From assembly GCA_964016885.1 (NCBI GenBank), contig OZ024743.1, forward strand, positions 209,870,001-209,934,000: a stretch of 64,000 bases of DNA, read 5' to 3'. Both the position numbers and the translations under genes were made by a program. Below, in pieces: positions 13,401-27,679 of this stretch (positions are counted from its first letter, which is position 1; every line of letters begins with the position of its first letter). The notes below the pieces were generated by a model. The model did not search any database and was not told the DNA's origin. It worked only from the letters and a program-made list of their open reading frames with translations. The stretch comes from Eledone cirrhosa. Taxonomy: Eukaryota.

Positions 13401-15239
13401 ACCATCCTATAGCCACACATGAAAGCTCTTCACTCCATAAGATATACTACAGTTTACCATCCTATAGTCACACATGAAAGCTCTTCACTCCATAAGATAT
13501 ACCACAGTTTACCATCCTATAGCCAGATGAAAGCTCTTCACTCCATAAGATATACCACAGTTTACCATCCTATAGCCACAGATGAAAGCTGTTCACTCCA
13601 TAAGATATACCACAGTTTACCATCCTATAGCCAGATGAAAGCTCTTCACTCCATAAGATATACCACAGTTTACCATCCTAAAGCCACAGATGAAAGCTTT
13701 TCACTCCATAAGATATACCACAGTTTACCATCCTATAGCCACAGATGAAAGCTCTTCACTCCATAAGATATACCACAGTTTACCATCCTATAGCCACAGA
13801 TGAAAGCTCTTCACTCCATAAGATATACCACAGTTCACCATCCTATAGCCACAGATGAAAGCTCTTCACTCCATAAGATATACCACAGTTTACCATCCTA
13901 TAGCCACAGATGAAAGCTCTTCACCCCATAAGATATACCACAGTTTACCATCCTATAGCCACACATGAAAGCTCTTCACTCCATAAGATATACCACAGTT
14001 TACCATCCGATAGCCACAGATGAAAGCTCTTCACCCCATAAGATATACCACAGTTTACCATCCTATAGCCACACATGAAAGCTCTTCACTCCATAAGATA
14101 TACCACAGTTTACCATCCTATAGCCACACACGAAAGCTCTTCACTCCATGAGATATACCACAGTTTACCATCCTATAGCCACACATGAAAGCTCTTCACT
14201 CCATAAGATATACCACAGTTTACCATCCTATAGCCACACATGAAAGCTCTTCACCCCATAAGATATACCACAGTTTACCATCCTATAGCCACAGATGAAA
14301 GCTCTTCACCCCATAGGATATACCACAGTTTACCATCCTATAGCCACACATGAAATCTCTTCACTCCATAAGATATACCACAGTTTACCATCCTATAGCC
14401 ACACATGAAAGCTCTTCACTCCATAAGATATACCTCAGTTTATCATCCTATAGCCACAGATGAAAGCTCTTCACTCCATAAGATATACCACAGTTTACTA
14501 TCCTATAGCCACACATGAGAGCTCTTCACTCCATAAGATATACCACAGTTTACCATCCTATGGCCACACATGAAAGCTCTTCACCCCATAAGATATACCA
14601 CAGTTTACCATCCTATAGCCAGATGAAAGCTCTTCACTCCATAAGATATACGACAGTTTACCATCCTATAGCCACAGATGAAAGCTCTTCACTCCATAAG
14701 ATATACGACAGTTTACCATCCTATAGCCAGATGAAAGCTCTTCACTCCATAAGATATACCACAGATTACCACCCTATAGCCACAGATGAAAGCTCTTCAC
14801 TCCATGAGATATACCACAGTTTACCATCCTATAGCCACGCCACGGATGAAAGCTCTTCACTCCATAAGATATACCACAGCTTACAATCCTATAGCCACAG
14901 ATGAAAGCTCTTCACTCCATAAGATATACCACAGTTTACCATCCTATGGCCACAGATGAAAGCTCTTCACTCCATAAGATATACCACAGTTTACCATCCT
15001 ATAGCCACAGATGAAAGCTCTTCACTCCATAAGATATACCACAGTTTACCATCCTATAGCCACACATGAAAGCTCTTCACTCCATAAGATATACCACAGT
15101 TTACCATCCTATAGTCAAGCCACGGATGAAAGCTCTTCACTCCATAAGATATACCACAGTTTACCATCCTATAGTCACACATGAAAGCTCTTCACTCCAT
15201 AAGATATAACACAGTTTACCATCCTATAGCCAGATGAAA

Positions 15240-18200
15240 GCTCTTCACTCCATAAGATATACCACAGTTTACCATCCTATAGCCACAGATGAAAGCTCTT
15301 CACTCCATAAGATATACCACAGTTTACCATCCTATAGCCACAGATGAAAGCTGTTTACTCCATAAGATATACCACAGTTTACCATCCTATAGCCAGATGA
15401 AAGCTCTTCACTCCATAAGATATACCACAATTTACCATCCTCTAGCCACAGATGAAAGCTGTTCACTCCATAAGATATACCACAATTTACCATCCTATAG
15501 CCAGATGAAAGCTCTTCACTCCATAAGATATACCACAGTTTACCATCCTAAAGCCACAGATGAAAGCTCTTCACTCCTTAAGATATACCACAGTTTACCA
15601 TCCTATAGCCACAGATGAAAGCTCTTCACTCCATAAGATATACCACAGTTTACCATCCTATAGCCACAGATGAAAGCTCTTCACTCCATAAGATATACCA
15701 CAGTTTACCATCCTATAGCCACACATGAAAGCTCTTCACCCCATAAGATATACCACAGTTTACCATCCTATAGCCACAGATGAAAGCTCTTCACCCTATA
15801 AGATATACCACAGTTTACCATCCTATAGCCACACATGAAAGCTCTTCACTCCATAAGATATACCACAGTTTACCATCTTATAGCCACACATGAAAGCTCT
15901 TCACGCCATAAGATATACCACAGTTTACCATCCTATAGCCACACATGAAAGCTCTTCACCCCATAAGATATACCACAGTTTACCATCCTATTGCCACACA
16001 TTAAAGCTCTTCACTCCATAAGATATACCACAGTTTACCATCCTATAGCCACACATGAAAGCTCTTCACTCCATAAGATATACCACAGTTTACCATCCTA
16101 TAGCCAGATGAAAGCTCTTCACTCCATAAGATATACCACAGTTTACCATCCTATAGCCACACATGAAATCTCTTCACTCCATAAGATATACCACAGTTTA
16201 CCATCCTATAGCCACACATGAAAGCTCTTCACTCCATAAGATATACCTCAGTTTACCATCCTATAGCCACAGATGAAAGCTCTTCACTCCATAAGATATA
16301 ACACAGTTTACTATCCTATAGCCACACATGAGAGCTCTTCACTCCATAAGATTAACCACAGTTTACCATCCTATGGCCACACATGAAAGCTCTTCACCCC
16401 ATAAGATATACCACAGTTTACCATCCTATAGCCAGATGAAAGCTCTTCACTCCGTAAAATATACCACAGTTTACCATCCTATAGCCACACATGAAAGCTC
16501 TTCACTCCATAAGATATACCACAGTTTACCATCCTATAGCCAGAGATGAAAGCTGTTCACTCCATAAGATATACGACAGTTTACCATCCTATAGCCACAG
16601 ATGAAAGCTGTTCACTCCATAAGATATACGACAGTTTAGCATCCTATAGCCAGATGAAAGCTCTTCACTCCATAAGATATACCACAGTTTACCATCCTAT
16701 AGCCACGCCACGGATGAAAGCTCTTCACTCCATAAGATATACCACAGTTTACAATCCTATTGCCACAGATGAAAGCTCTTCACTCCATAAGATATACCAC
16801 AGTTTACAATCCTATTGCCACAGATGAAAGCTCTTCACTCCATAAGATATACCACAGTTTACCATCCTATGGCCACAGATGAAAGCTTTTCACTCCATAA
16901 GATATACCACAGTTTACCATCCTATAGCCACAGATGAAAGCTGTTTACTCCATAAGATATACCACAGTTTACCATCCTATAGCCAGATGAAAGCTCTTCA
17001 CTCCATAAGATATACCACAGTTTACCATCCTATAGCCACAGATGAAAGCTCTTCACTCCATAAGATATACCACAGTCTACCATCCTATAGCCAGATGAAA
17101 GCTCTTCACTCCATAAGATATACCACAGTTTACCATCCTAAAGCCACAGATGAAAGCTTTTCACTCCATAAGATATACCACAGTTTACCATCCTATAGCC
17201 ACAGATGAAAGCTCTTCACTCCATAAGATATACCACAGTTTACCATCCTATAGCCACAGATGAAAGCTGTTTACTCCATAAGATATACCACAGTTTACCA
17301 TCCTATAGCCAGATGAAAGCTCTTCACTCCATAAGATATACCACAATTTACCATCCTATAGCCACAGATGAAAGCTGTTCACTCCATAAGATATACCACA
17401 ATTTACCATCCTATAGCCAGATGAAAGTTCTTCACTCCATAAGATATACCACAGTTTACCATCCTAAAGCCACAGATGAAAGCTCTTCACTCCATAAGAT
17501 ATACCACATTTTACCATCCTATAGCCACAGATGAAAGCTCTTCACTCCATAAGATATACCACAGTTTACCATCCTATAGCCACAGATGAAAGCTCTTCAC
17601 TCCATAAGATATACCACAGTTTACCATCCTATAGCCACAGATGAAAGCTCTTCACCCCATAAGATATACCACAGTTTACCATCCTATAGCCACAGATGAA
17701 AGCTCTTCACCCCATAAGATATACCACAGTTTACCATCCTATAGCCACACATGAAAGCTCTTCACTCCATAAGATATACCACAGTTTACCATCCTATAGC
17801 CACACATGAAAGCCCTTCACGCCATAAGATATACCACAGTTTACCATCCTATAGCCACACATGAAAGCTCTTCACCCCATAAGATATACCACAGTTTACC
17901 ATCCTATTGCCACACATTAAAGCTCTTCACTCCATAAGATATACCACAGTTTACCATCCTATAGCCACACATGAAAGCACTTCACTCCATAAGATATACC
18001 ACAGTTTACCATCCTATAGCCAGATGAAAGCTCTTCACTCCATAAGATATACGACAGTTTACCATCCTATAGCCACACATGAAATCTCTTCACTCCATAA
18101 GATATACCACAGTTTACCATCCTATAGCCACACATGAAAGCTCTTCACTCCATAAGATATACCTCAGTTTACCATCCTATAGCCACAGATGAAAGCTCTT

Positions 18201-18440
18201 CACTCCATAAGATATACCACAGTTTACTATCCTATAGCCACACATGAGAGCTCTTCACTCCATAAGATTAACCACAGTTTACCATCCTATGGCCACACAT
18301 GAAAGCTCTTCACCCCATAAGATATACCACAGTTTACCATCCTATAGCCAGATGAAAGCTCTTCACTCCGTAAAATATACCACAGTTTACCATCCTATAG
18401 CCACACATGAAAGCTCTTCACTCCATAAGATATACGACAG
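15240..18440 (+). repeat. Block repeated at +1916 bp
   Basis: ORF pairs 15289/17205, 15991/17907 and 16328/18244 share offset 1916. Shared markers are ACAATTT, CACGCCAT, TATTGCC..CATTAAAG and GATTAACC. Confidence 0.8.
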
Positions 18441-20880
18441 TTTACCATCCTATAGCCAGATGAAAGCTCTTCACTCCATAAGATATACCACAGATTACCA
18501 CCCTATAGCCACAGATGAAAGCTCTTCACTCCATGAGATATACCACAGTTTACCATCCTATAGCCACGCCACGGATGAAAGCTCTTCACTCCATAAGATA
18601 TACCACAGTTTACAATCCTATAGCCACAGATGAAAGCTCTTCACTCCATAAGATATACCACAGTTTACCATCCTATGGCCACAGATGAAAGCTCTTCACT
18701 CCATAAGATATACCACAGTTTACCATCCTAAAGCCACAGATGAAAGCTCTTCACTCCATAAGATATACCACAGTTTACCATCCTATAGCCACAGATGAAA
18801 CCTGTTTACTCCATAAGATATACCACAGTTTACCATCCTATAGCCAGATGAAAGCTCTTCACTCCATAAGATATACCACAGTTTACCATCCTATAGCCAC
18901 AGATGAAAGCTGTTCACTCCATAAGATATACCACAGTTTACCATCCTATAGCCAGATGAAAGCTCTTCACTCCATAAGATATACCACAGTTTACCATCCT
19001 AAAGCCACAGATGAAAGCTTTTCACTCCATAAGATATACCACAGTTTACCATCCTATAGCCACAGATGAAAGCTCTTCACTCCATAAGATATACCACAGT
19101 TTACCATCCTATAGCCACAGATGAAAGCTCTTCACTCCATAAGATATACCACAGTTTACCATCCTATAGCCACAGATGAAAGCTCTTCACTCCATAAGAT
19201 ATACCACAGTTTACCATCCTATAGCCACAGATGAAAGCTCTTCACCCCATAAGATATACCACAGTTTACCATCCTATAGCCACACATGAAAGCTCTTCAC
19301 TCCATAAGATATACCACAGTTTACCATCCTATAGCCACACATGAAAGCTCTTCACGCCATAAGATATACCACAGTTTACCATCCTATAGCCACACATGAA
19401 AGCTCTTCACCCCATAAGATATACCACAGTTTACCATCCTATTGCCACACATTAAAGCTCTTCACTCCATAAGATATAACACAGTTTACCATCCTATAGC
19501 CACACATGAAAGCTCTTCACTCCATATGATATACCACAGTTTACCATCCTATAGCCAGATGAAAGCTCTTCACTCCATAAGATATACGACAGTTTACCAT
19601 CCTATAGCCACACATGAAATCTCTTCACTCCATAAGATATACCACAGTTTACCATCCTATAGCCACACATGAAAGCTCTTCACTCCATAAGATATACCTC
19701 AGTTTACCATCCTATAGCCACAGATGAAAGCTCTTCACTCCATAAGATATACCACAGTTTACTATCCTATAGCCACACATGAGAGCTCTTCACTCCATAA
19801 GATTAACCACAGTTTACCATCCTATGGCCACACATGAAAGCTCTTCACCCCATAAGATATACCACAGTTTACCATCCTATAGCCAGATGAAAGCTCTTCA
19901 CTCCGTAAAATATACCACAGTTTACCATCCTATAGCCACACATGAAAGCTCTTCACTCCATAAGATATACGACAGTTTACCATCCTATAGCCAGATGAAA
20001 GCTCTTCACTCCATAAGATATACCACAGATTACCACCCTATAGCCACAGATGAAAGCTCTTCACTCCATGAGATATACCACAGTTTACCATCCTATAGCC
20101 ACGCCACGGATGAAAGCTCTTCACTCCATAAGATATACCACAGTTTACAATCCTATAGCCACAGATGAAAGCTCTTCACTCCATAAGATATACCACAGTT
20201 TACCATCCTATGGCCACAGATGAAAGCTCTTCACTCCATAAGATATACCACAGTTTACCATCCTAAAGCCACAGATGAAAGCTCTTCACTCCATAAGATA
20301 TACCACAGTTTACCATCCTATAGCCACAGATGAAAGCTGTTTACTCCATAAGATATACCACAGTTTACCATCCTATAGCCAGATGAAAGCTCTTCACTCC
20401 ATAAGATATACCACAGTTTACCATCCTATAGCCACAGATGAAAGCTGTTCACTCCATAAGATATACCACAGTTTACCATCCTATAGCCAGATGAAAGCTC
20501 TTCACTCCATAAGATATACCACAGTTTACCATCCTAAAGCCACAGATGAAAGCTTTTCACTCCATAAGATATACCACAGTTTACCATCCTATAGCCACAG
20601 ATGAAAGCTCTTCACTCCATAAGATATACCACAGTTTACCATCCTATAGCCACAGATGAAAGCTCTTCACTCCATAAGATATACCACAGTTTACCATCCT
20701 ATAGCCACAGATGAAAGCTCTTCACTCCATAAGATATACCACAGTTTACCATCCTATAGCCACAGATGAAAGCTCTTCACCCCATAAGATATACCACAGT
20801 TTACCATCCTATAGCCACACATGAAAGCTCTTCACTCCATAAGATATACCACAGTTTACCATCCTATAGCCACACATGAA
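17660..20880 (+). repeat. 1535-bp (28-monomer) tandem duplication
   Basis: ORF pairs 17907/19442, 18244/19779 and 18740/20275 have constant offset 1535, with a few private substitutions. Confidence 0.9.
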
Positions 20881-22207
20881 AGCTTTTCACTCCATAAGAT
20901 ATACCACAGTTTACCATCCTATAGCCACACATGAAAGCTCTTCACCCCATAAGATAGACCACAGTTTACCATCCTATAGCCACAGATGAAAGCTCTTCAC
21001 CCCATAAGATATACCACAGTTTACCATCCTATAGCCACACATGAAAGCTCTTCACTCCATAAGATATACCTCAGTTTACCATCCTATAGCCACAGATGAA
21101 AGCTCTTCACTCCATAAGATATACCACAGTTTACTATCCTATAGCCACACATGAGAGCTCTTCACTCCATAAGATATACCACAGTTTACCATCCTATGGC
21201 AACACATGAAAGCTCTTCACCCCATAAGATATACCACAGTTTACCATCCTATAGCCAGATGAAAGCTCTTCACTCCGTAAATTATACCACAGTTTACCAT
21301 CCTATAGCCACACATGAAATCTCTTCACTCCATAAGATATACGACAGTTTCCCATCCTATAGCCACAGATGAAAGCTCTTCACTCCATAAGATATACGAC
21401 AGTTTACCATCCTATAGCCAGATGAAAGCTCTTCACTCCATAAGATATACCACAGTTTACAATCCTATAGCCACAGATGAAAGCTCTTCACTCCATAAGA
21501 TATACCACAATTTACCATCCTATGGCCACAGATGAAAGCTCTTCACTCCATACGATATACCACAGTTTACCATCCTATAGCCACAGATGAAAGCTCTTCA
21601 CTCCATAAGATATACCACAGTTTACCATCCTATAGCCACACATGAAAGCTCTTCACTCCATAAGATATACCACAGTTTACCATCCTATAGTCAAGCCACG
21701 GATGAAAGCTCTTCACTCCATAAGATATACCACAGTTTACCATCCTATAGTCACACATGAAAGCTCTTCACTCCATAAGATATAACACAGTTTACCATCC
21801 TATAGCCGGATGAAAGCTCTTCACTCCATAAGATATACCACAGTTTACCATCCCATAGCCACAGATGAAAGCTCTTCACTCCATAAGATATACCACAGTT
21901 TACCATCCTATAGCCACAGATGAAAGCTGTTTACTCCATAAGATATACCACAGTTTACCATCCTATAGCCAGATGAAAGCTCTTCACTCCATAAGATATA
22001 CCACAATTTACCATCCTATAGCCACAGGTGAAAGCTGTTCACTCCATAAGATATACCACAATTTACCATCCTATAGCCAGATGAAAGCTCTTCACTCCAT
22101 AAGATATACCACAGTTTACCATCCTAAAGCCACAGATGAAAGCTCTTCACTCCATAAGATATACCACAGTTTACCATCCTATAGCCACAGATGAAAGCTC
22201 TTCACTC

Positions 22208-25200
22208 CATAAGATATACCACAGTTTACCATCCTATAGCCACAGATGAAAGCTCTTCACTCCATAAGATATACCACAGTTTACCATCCTATAGCCACAG
22301 ATGAAAGCTCTTCACCCCATAAGATATACCACAGTTTACCATCCTATAGCCACAGATGAAAGCTCTTCACCCCATAAGATATACCACAGTTTACCATCCT
22401 ATAGCCACACATGAAAGCTCTTCACTCCATAAGATATACCACATTTTACCATCCTATAGCCACACATGAAAGCTCTTCACTCCATAAGATATACCACAGT
22501 TTACCATCCTATAGCCACACATGAAAGCTCTTCACGCCATAAGATATACTACAGTTTACCATCCTATAGCCACACCTGAAAGCTCTTCACCCCATAAGAT
22601 ATACCACAGTTTACCATCCTATTGCCACACATTAAAGCTCTTCACTCCATAAGATATTCCACAGTTTACCATCCTATAGCCACACATGAAAGCTCTTCAC
22701 TCCATAAGATATACCACAGTTTACCATCCTATAGCCAGATGAAAGCTCTTCACTCCATAAGATATACGACAGTTTACCATCCTATAGCCACACATGAAAT
22801 CTCTTCACTCCATAAGATATACCACAGTTTACCATCCTATAGCCACACATGAAAGCTCTTCACTCCATAAGATATACCTCAGTTTACCATCCTATAGCCA
22901 CAGATGAAAGCTCTTCACTCCATAAGATATACCACAGTTTACTATCCTATAGCCACACATGAGAGCTCTTCACTCCATAAGGTTAACCACAGTTTACCAT
23001 CCTATGGCCACACATGAAAGCTCTTCACCCCATAAGATATACCACAGTTTACCATCCTATAGCCAGATGAAAGCTCTTCACTCCGTAAAATATACCACAG
23101 TTTACCATCCTATAGCCAGAGATGAAAGCTGTTCACTCCATAAGATATACGACAGTTTACCATCCTATAGCCACAGATGAAAGCTGTTCACTCCATAAGA
23201 TATACGACAGTTTAACATACTATAGCCAGATGAAAGCTCTTCACTCCATAAGATATACCACAGATTACCACCCTATAGCCACAAATGAAAGCTCTTCACT
23301 CCATGAGATATACCACAGTTTACCATCCTATAGCCACGCCACGGATGAAAGCTCTTCACTCCATAAGATATACCACAGATTACCACCCTATAGCCACAAA
23401 TGAAAGCTCTTCACTCCATCAGATATACCACAGTTTACCATCCTATGGCCACAGATGAAAGCTCTTCACTCCATAAGATATACTACAGTTTACCATCCTA
23501 AAGCCACAGATAAAAGCTCTTCACTCCATAAGATATACCACAGTTTACCATCCTATAGCCACAGATGAAAGCTGTTTGTTCCATAAGATATACCACAGTT
23601 TACCATCCTATAGCCAGATGAAAGCTCTTCAGTCCATAAGATATACCACAGTTTACCATCCTATAGCCACAGATGAAAGCTGTTCACTCCATAAGATATA
23701 CCACAGTTTACCGTCCTATAGCCAGATGAAAGCTCTTCACTCCATAAGATATACCACAGTTTACCATCCTAAAGCCACAGATGAAAGCTTTTCACTCCAT
23801 AAGATATACCACAGTTTACCATCCTATAGCCACAGATGAAAGCTCTTCACTCCATAAGATATATCACAGTTTACCATCCTATAGCCACAGATGAAAGCTC
23901 TTCACTCCATAAGATATACCACAGTTTACCATCCTATAGCCACAGATGAAAGCTCTTCACTCCATAAGATATACCACAGTTTACCATCCTATAGCCACAG
24001 ATGAAAGCTCTTCACCCCATAAGATATACCACAGTTTACCATCCTATAGCCACACATGAAAGCTCTTCACTCCATAAGATATACCACAGTTTACCATCCG
24101 ATAGCCACAGATGAAAGCTCTTCACCCCATAAGATATACCACAGTTTACCATCCTATAGCCACACATGAAAGCTCTTCACTCCATAAGATATACCACAGT
24201 TTACCATCCTATAGCCACACATGAAAGCTCTTCACTCCATGAGATATACCACAGTTTACCATCCTATAGCCACACATGAAAGCTCTTCACTCCACAAGAT
24301 ATACCACAGTTTACCATCCAATAGCCACACATGAAAGCTCTTCACCCCATAAGATATACCACAGTTTACCATCCTATAGCCACAGATGAAAGCTCTTCAC
24401 CCCATAAGATATACCACAGTTTACCATCCTATAGCCACAGATGAAAGCTCTTCACCCCATAAGATATACCACAGTTTACCATCCTATAGCCACACATGAA
24501 ATCTCTTCACTCCATAAGATATACCACAGTTTACCATCCTATAGCCACACATGAAAGCTCTTCACTCCATAAGATATACCTCAGTTTACCATCCTATAGC
24601 CACAGATGAAAGCTCTTCACTCCATAAGATATACCACAGTTTACCATCCTATAGTCACACATGAAAGCTCTTCACTCCATAAGATATAACACAGTTTACC
24701 ATCCTATAGCCAGATGAAAGCTCTTCACTCCATAAAATATACCACAGTTTACCATCCTATAGCCACAGATGAAAGCTCTTCACTCCATAAGATATACCAC
24801 AGTTTACCATCCTATAGCCACAGATGAAAGCTGTTTACACCATAAGATATACCACAGTTTACCATCCTATAGCCACAGATGAAAGCTCTTCACTCCATAA
24901 GATATACCACAGTTTACCATCCTATAGCCACAGATGAAAGCTCTTCACCCCATAAGATATACCACAGTTTACCATCCTATAGCCACAGATGAAAGCTCTT
25001 CACCCCATAAGATATACCACAGTTTACCATCCTATAGCCACACATGAAAGCTCTTCACTCCATAAGATATACCACATTTTACCATCCTATAGCCACACAT
25101 GAAAGCTCTTCACTCCATAAGATATACCACAGTTTACCATCCTATAGCCACACATGAAAGCTCTTCACGCCATAAGATATACTACAGTTTACCATCCTAT

Positions 25201-27475
25201 AGCCACACATGAAAGCTCTTCACCCCATAAGATATACCACAGTTTACCATCCTATTGCCACACATTAAAGCTCTTCACTCCATAAGATATTCCACAGTTT
25301 ACCATCCTATAGCCACACATGAAAGCTCTTCACTCCATAAGATATACCACAGTTTACCATCCTATAGCCAGATGAAAGCTCTTCACTCCATAAGATATAC
25401 GACAGTTTACCATCCTATAGCCACACATGAAATCTCTTCACTCCATAAGATATACCACAGTTTACCATCCTATAGCCACACATGAAAGCTCTTCACTCCA
25501 TAAGATATACCTCAGTTTACCATCCTATAGCCACAGATGAAAGCTCTTCACTCCATAAGATATACCACAGTTTACTATCCTATAGCCACACATGAGAGCT
25601 CTTCACTCCATAAGGTTAACCACAGTTTACCATCCTATGGCCACACATGAAAGCTCTTCACCCCATAAGATATACCACAGTTTACCATCCTATAGCCAGA
25701 TGAAAGCTCTTCACTCCGTAAAATATACCACAGTTTACCATCCTATAGCCAGAGATGAAAGCTGTTCACTCCATAAGATATACGACAGTTTACCATCCTA
25801 TAGCCACAGATGAAAGCTGTTCACTCCATAAGATATACGACAGTTTACCATACTATAGCCAGATGAAAGCTCTTCACTCCATAAGATATACCACAGATTA
25901 CCACCCTATAGCCACAGATGAAAGCTCTTCACTCCATGAGATATACCACAGTTTACCATCCTATAGCCACGCCACGGATGAAAGCTCTTCACTCCATAAG
26001 ATATACCACAGTTTACAATCCTATAGCCACAGATGAAAGCTCTTCACTCCATCAGATATACCACAGTTTACCATCCTATGGCCACAGATGAAAGCTCTTC
26101 ACTCCATAAGATATACCACAGTTTACCATCCTAAAGCCACAGATAAAAGCTCTTCACTCCATAAGATATACCACAGTTTACCATCCTATAGCCACAGATG
26201 AAAGCTGTTTGCTCCATAAGATATACTACAGTTTACCATCCTATAGCCAGATGAAAGCTCTTCAGTCCATAAGATATACCACAGTTTACCATCCTATAGC
26301 CACAGATGAAAGCTGTTCACTCCATAAGATATACCACAGTTTACCGTCCTATAGCCAGATGAAAGCTCTTCACTCCATAAGATATACCACAGTTTACCAT
26401 CCTAAAGCCACAGATGAAAGCTTTTCACTCCATAAGATATACCACAGTTTACCATCCTATAGCCACAGATGAAAGCTCTTCACTCCATAAGATATACCAC
26501 AGTTTACCATCCTATAGCCACAGATGAAAGCTCTTCACTCCATAAGATATACCACACTTTACCATCCTATAGCCACAGATGAAAGCTCTTCACTCCATAA
26601 GATATACCACAGTTTACCATCCTATAGCCACAGATGAAAGCTCTTCACCCCATAAGATATACCACAGTTTACCATCCTATAGCCACACATGAAAGCTCTT
26701 CACTCCATAAGATATACCACAGTTTACCATCCGATAGCCACAGATGAAAGCTCTTCACCCCATAAGATATACCACAGTTTACCATCCTATAGCCACACAT
26801 GAAAGCTCTTCACTCCATAAGATATACCACAGTTTACCATCCTATAGCCACACATGAAAGCTCTTCACTCCATGAGATATACCACAGTTTACCATCCTAT
26901 AGCCACACATGAAAGCTCTTCACTCCACAAGATATACCACAGTTTACCATCCAATAGCCACACATGAAAGCTCTTCACCCCATAAGATATACCACAGTTT
27001 ACCATCCTATAGCCACAGATGAAAGCTCTTCACCCCATAAGATATACCACAGTTTACCATCCTATAGCCACAGATGAAAGCTCTTCACCCCATAAGATAT
27101 ACCACAGTTTACCATCCTATAGCCACACATGAAATCTCTTCACTCCATAAGATATACCACAGTTTACCATCCTATAGCCACACATGAAAGCTCTTCACTC
27201 CATAAGATATACCTCAGTTTACCATCCTATAGCCACAGATGAAAGCTCTTCACTCCATAAGATATACCACAGTTTACCATCCTATAGTCACACATGAAAG
27301 CTCTTCACTCCATAAGATATAACACAGTTTACCATCCTATAGCCAGATGAAAGCTCTTCACTCCATAAAATATACCACAGTTTACCATCCTATAGCCACA
27401 GATGAAAGCTCTTCACTCCATAAGATATACCACAGTTTACCATCCTATAGCCACAGATGAAAGCTGTTTACACCA
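22208..27475 (+). repeat. 2633-bp (48-monomer) tandem duplication
   Basis: Offset 2633 holds for 22622/25255, 22959/25592, 23122/25755 and 23576/26209. Shared rare variants are AGGTTAACC, CATACTATAG, CCATCAGA, TTCAGTCC, CCACAAGA, CCAATAG and GTTTACACC (24831/27464). Confidence 0.93.
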
Positions 27476-27679
27476 TAAGATATACCACAGTTTACCATCC
27501 TATAGCCAGATGAAAGCTCTTCACTCCATAAGATATACCACAATTTACCATCCTATAGCCACAGATGAAAGCTGTTCACGCCATAAGATATACTACAGTT
27601 TACCATCCTATAGCCACACATGAAAGCTCTTCACCCCATAAGATATACCACAGTTTACCATCCTATTGCCACACATTAA

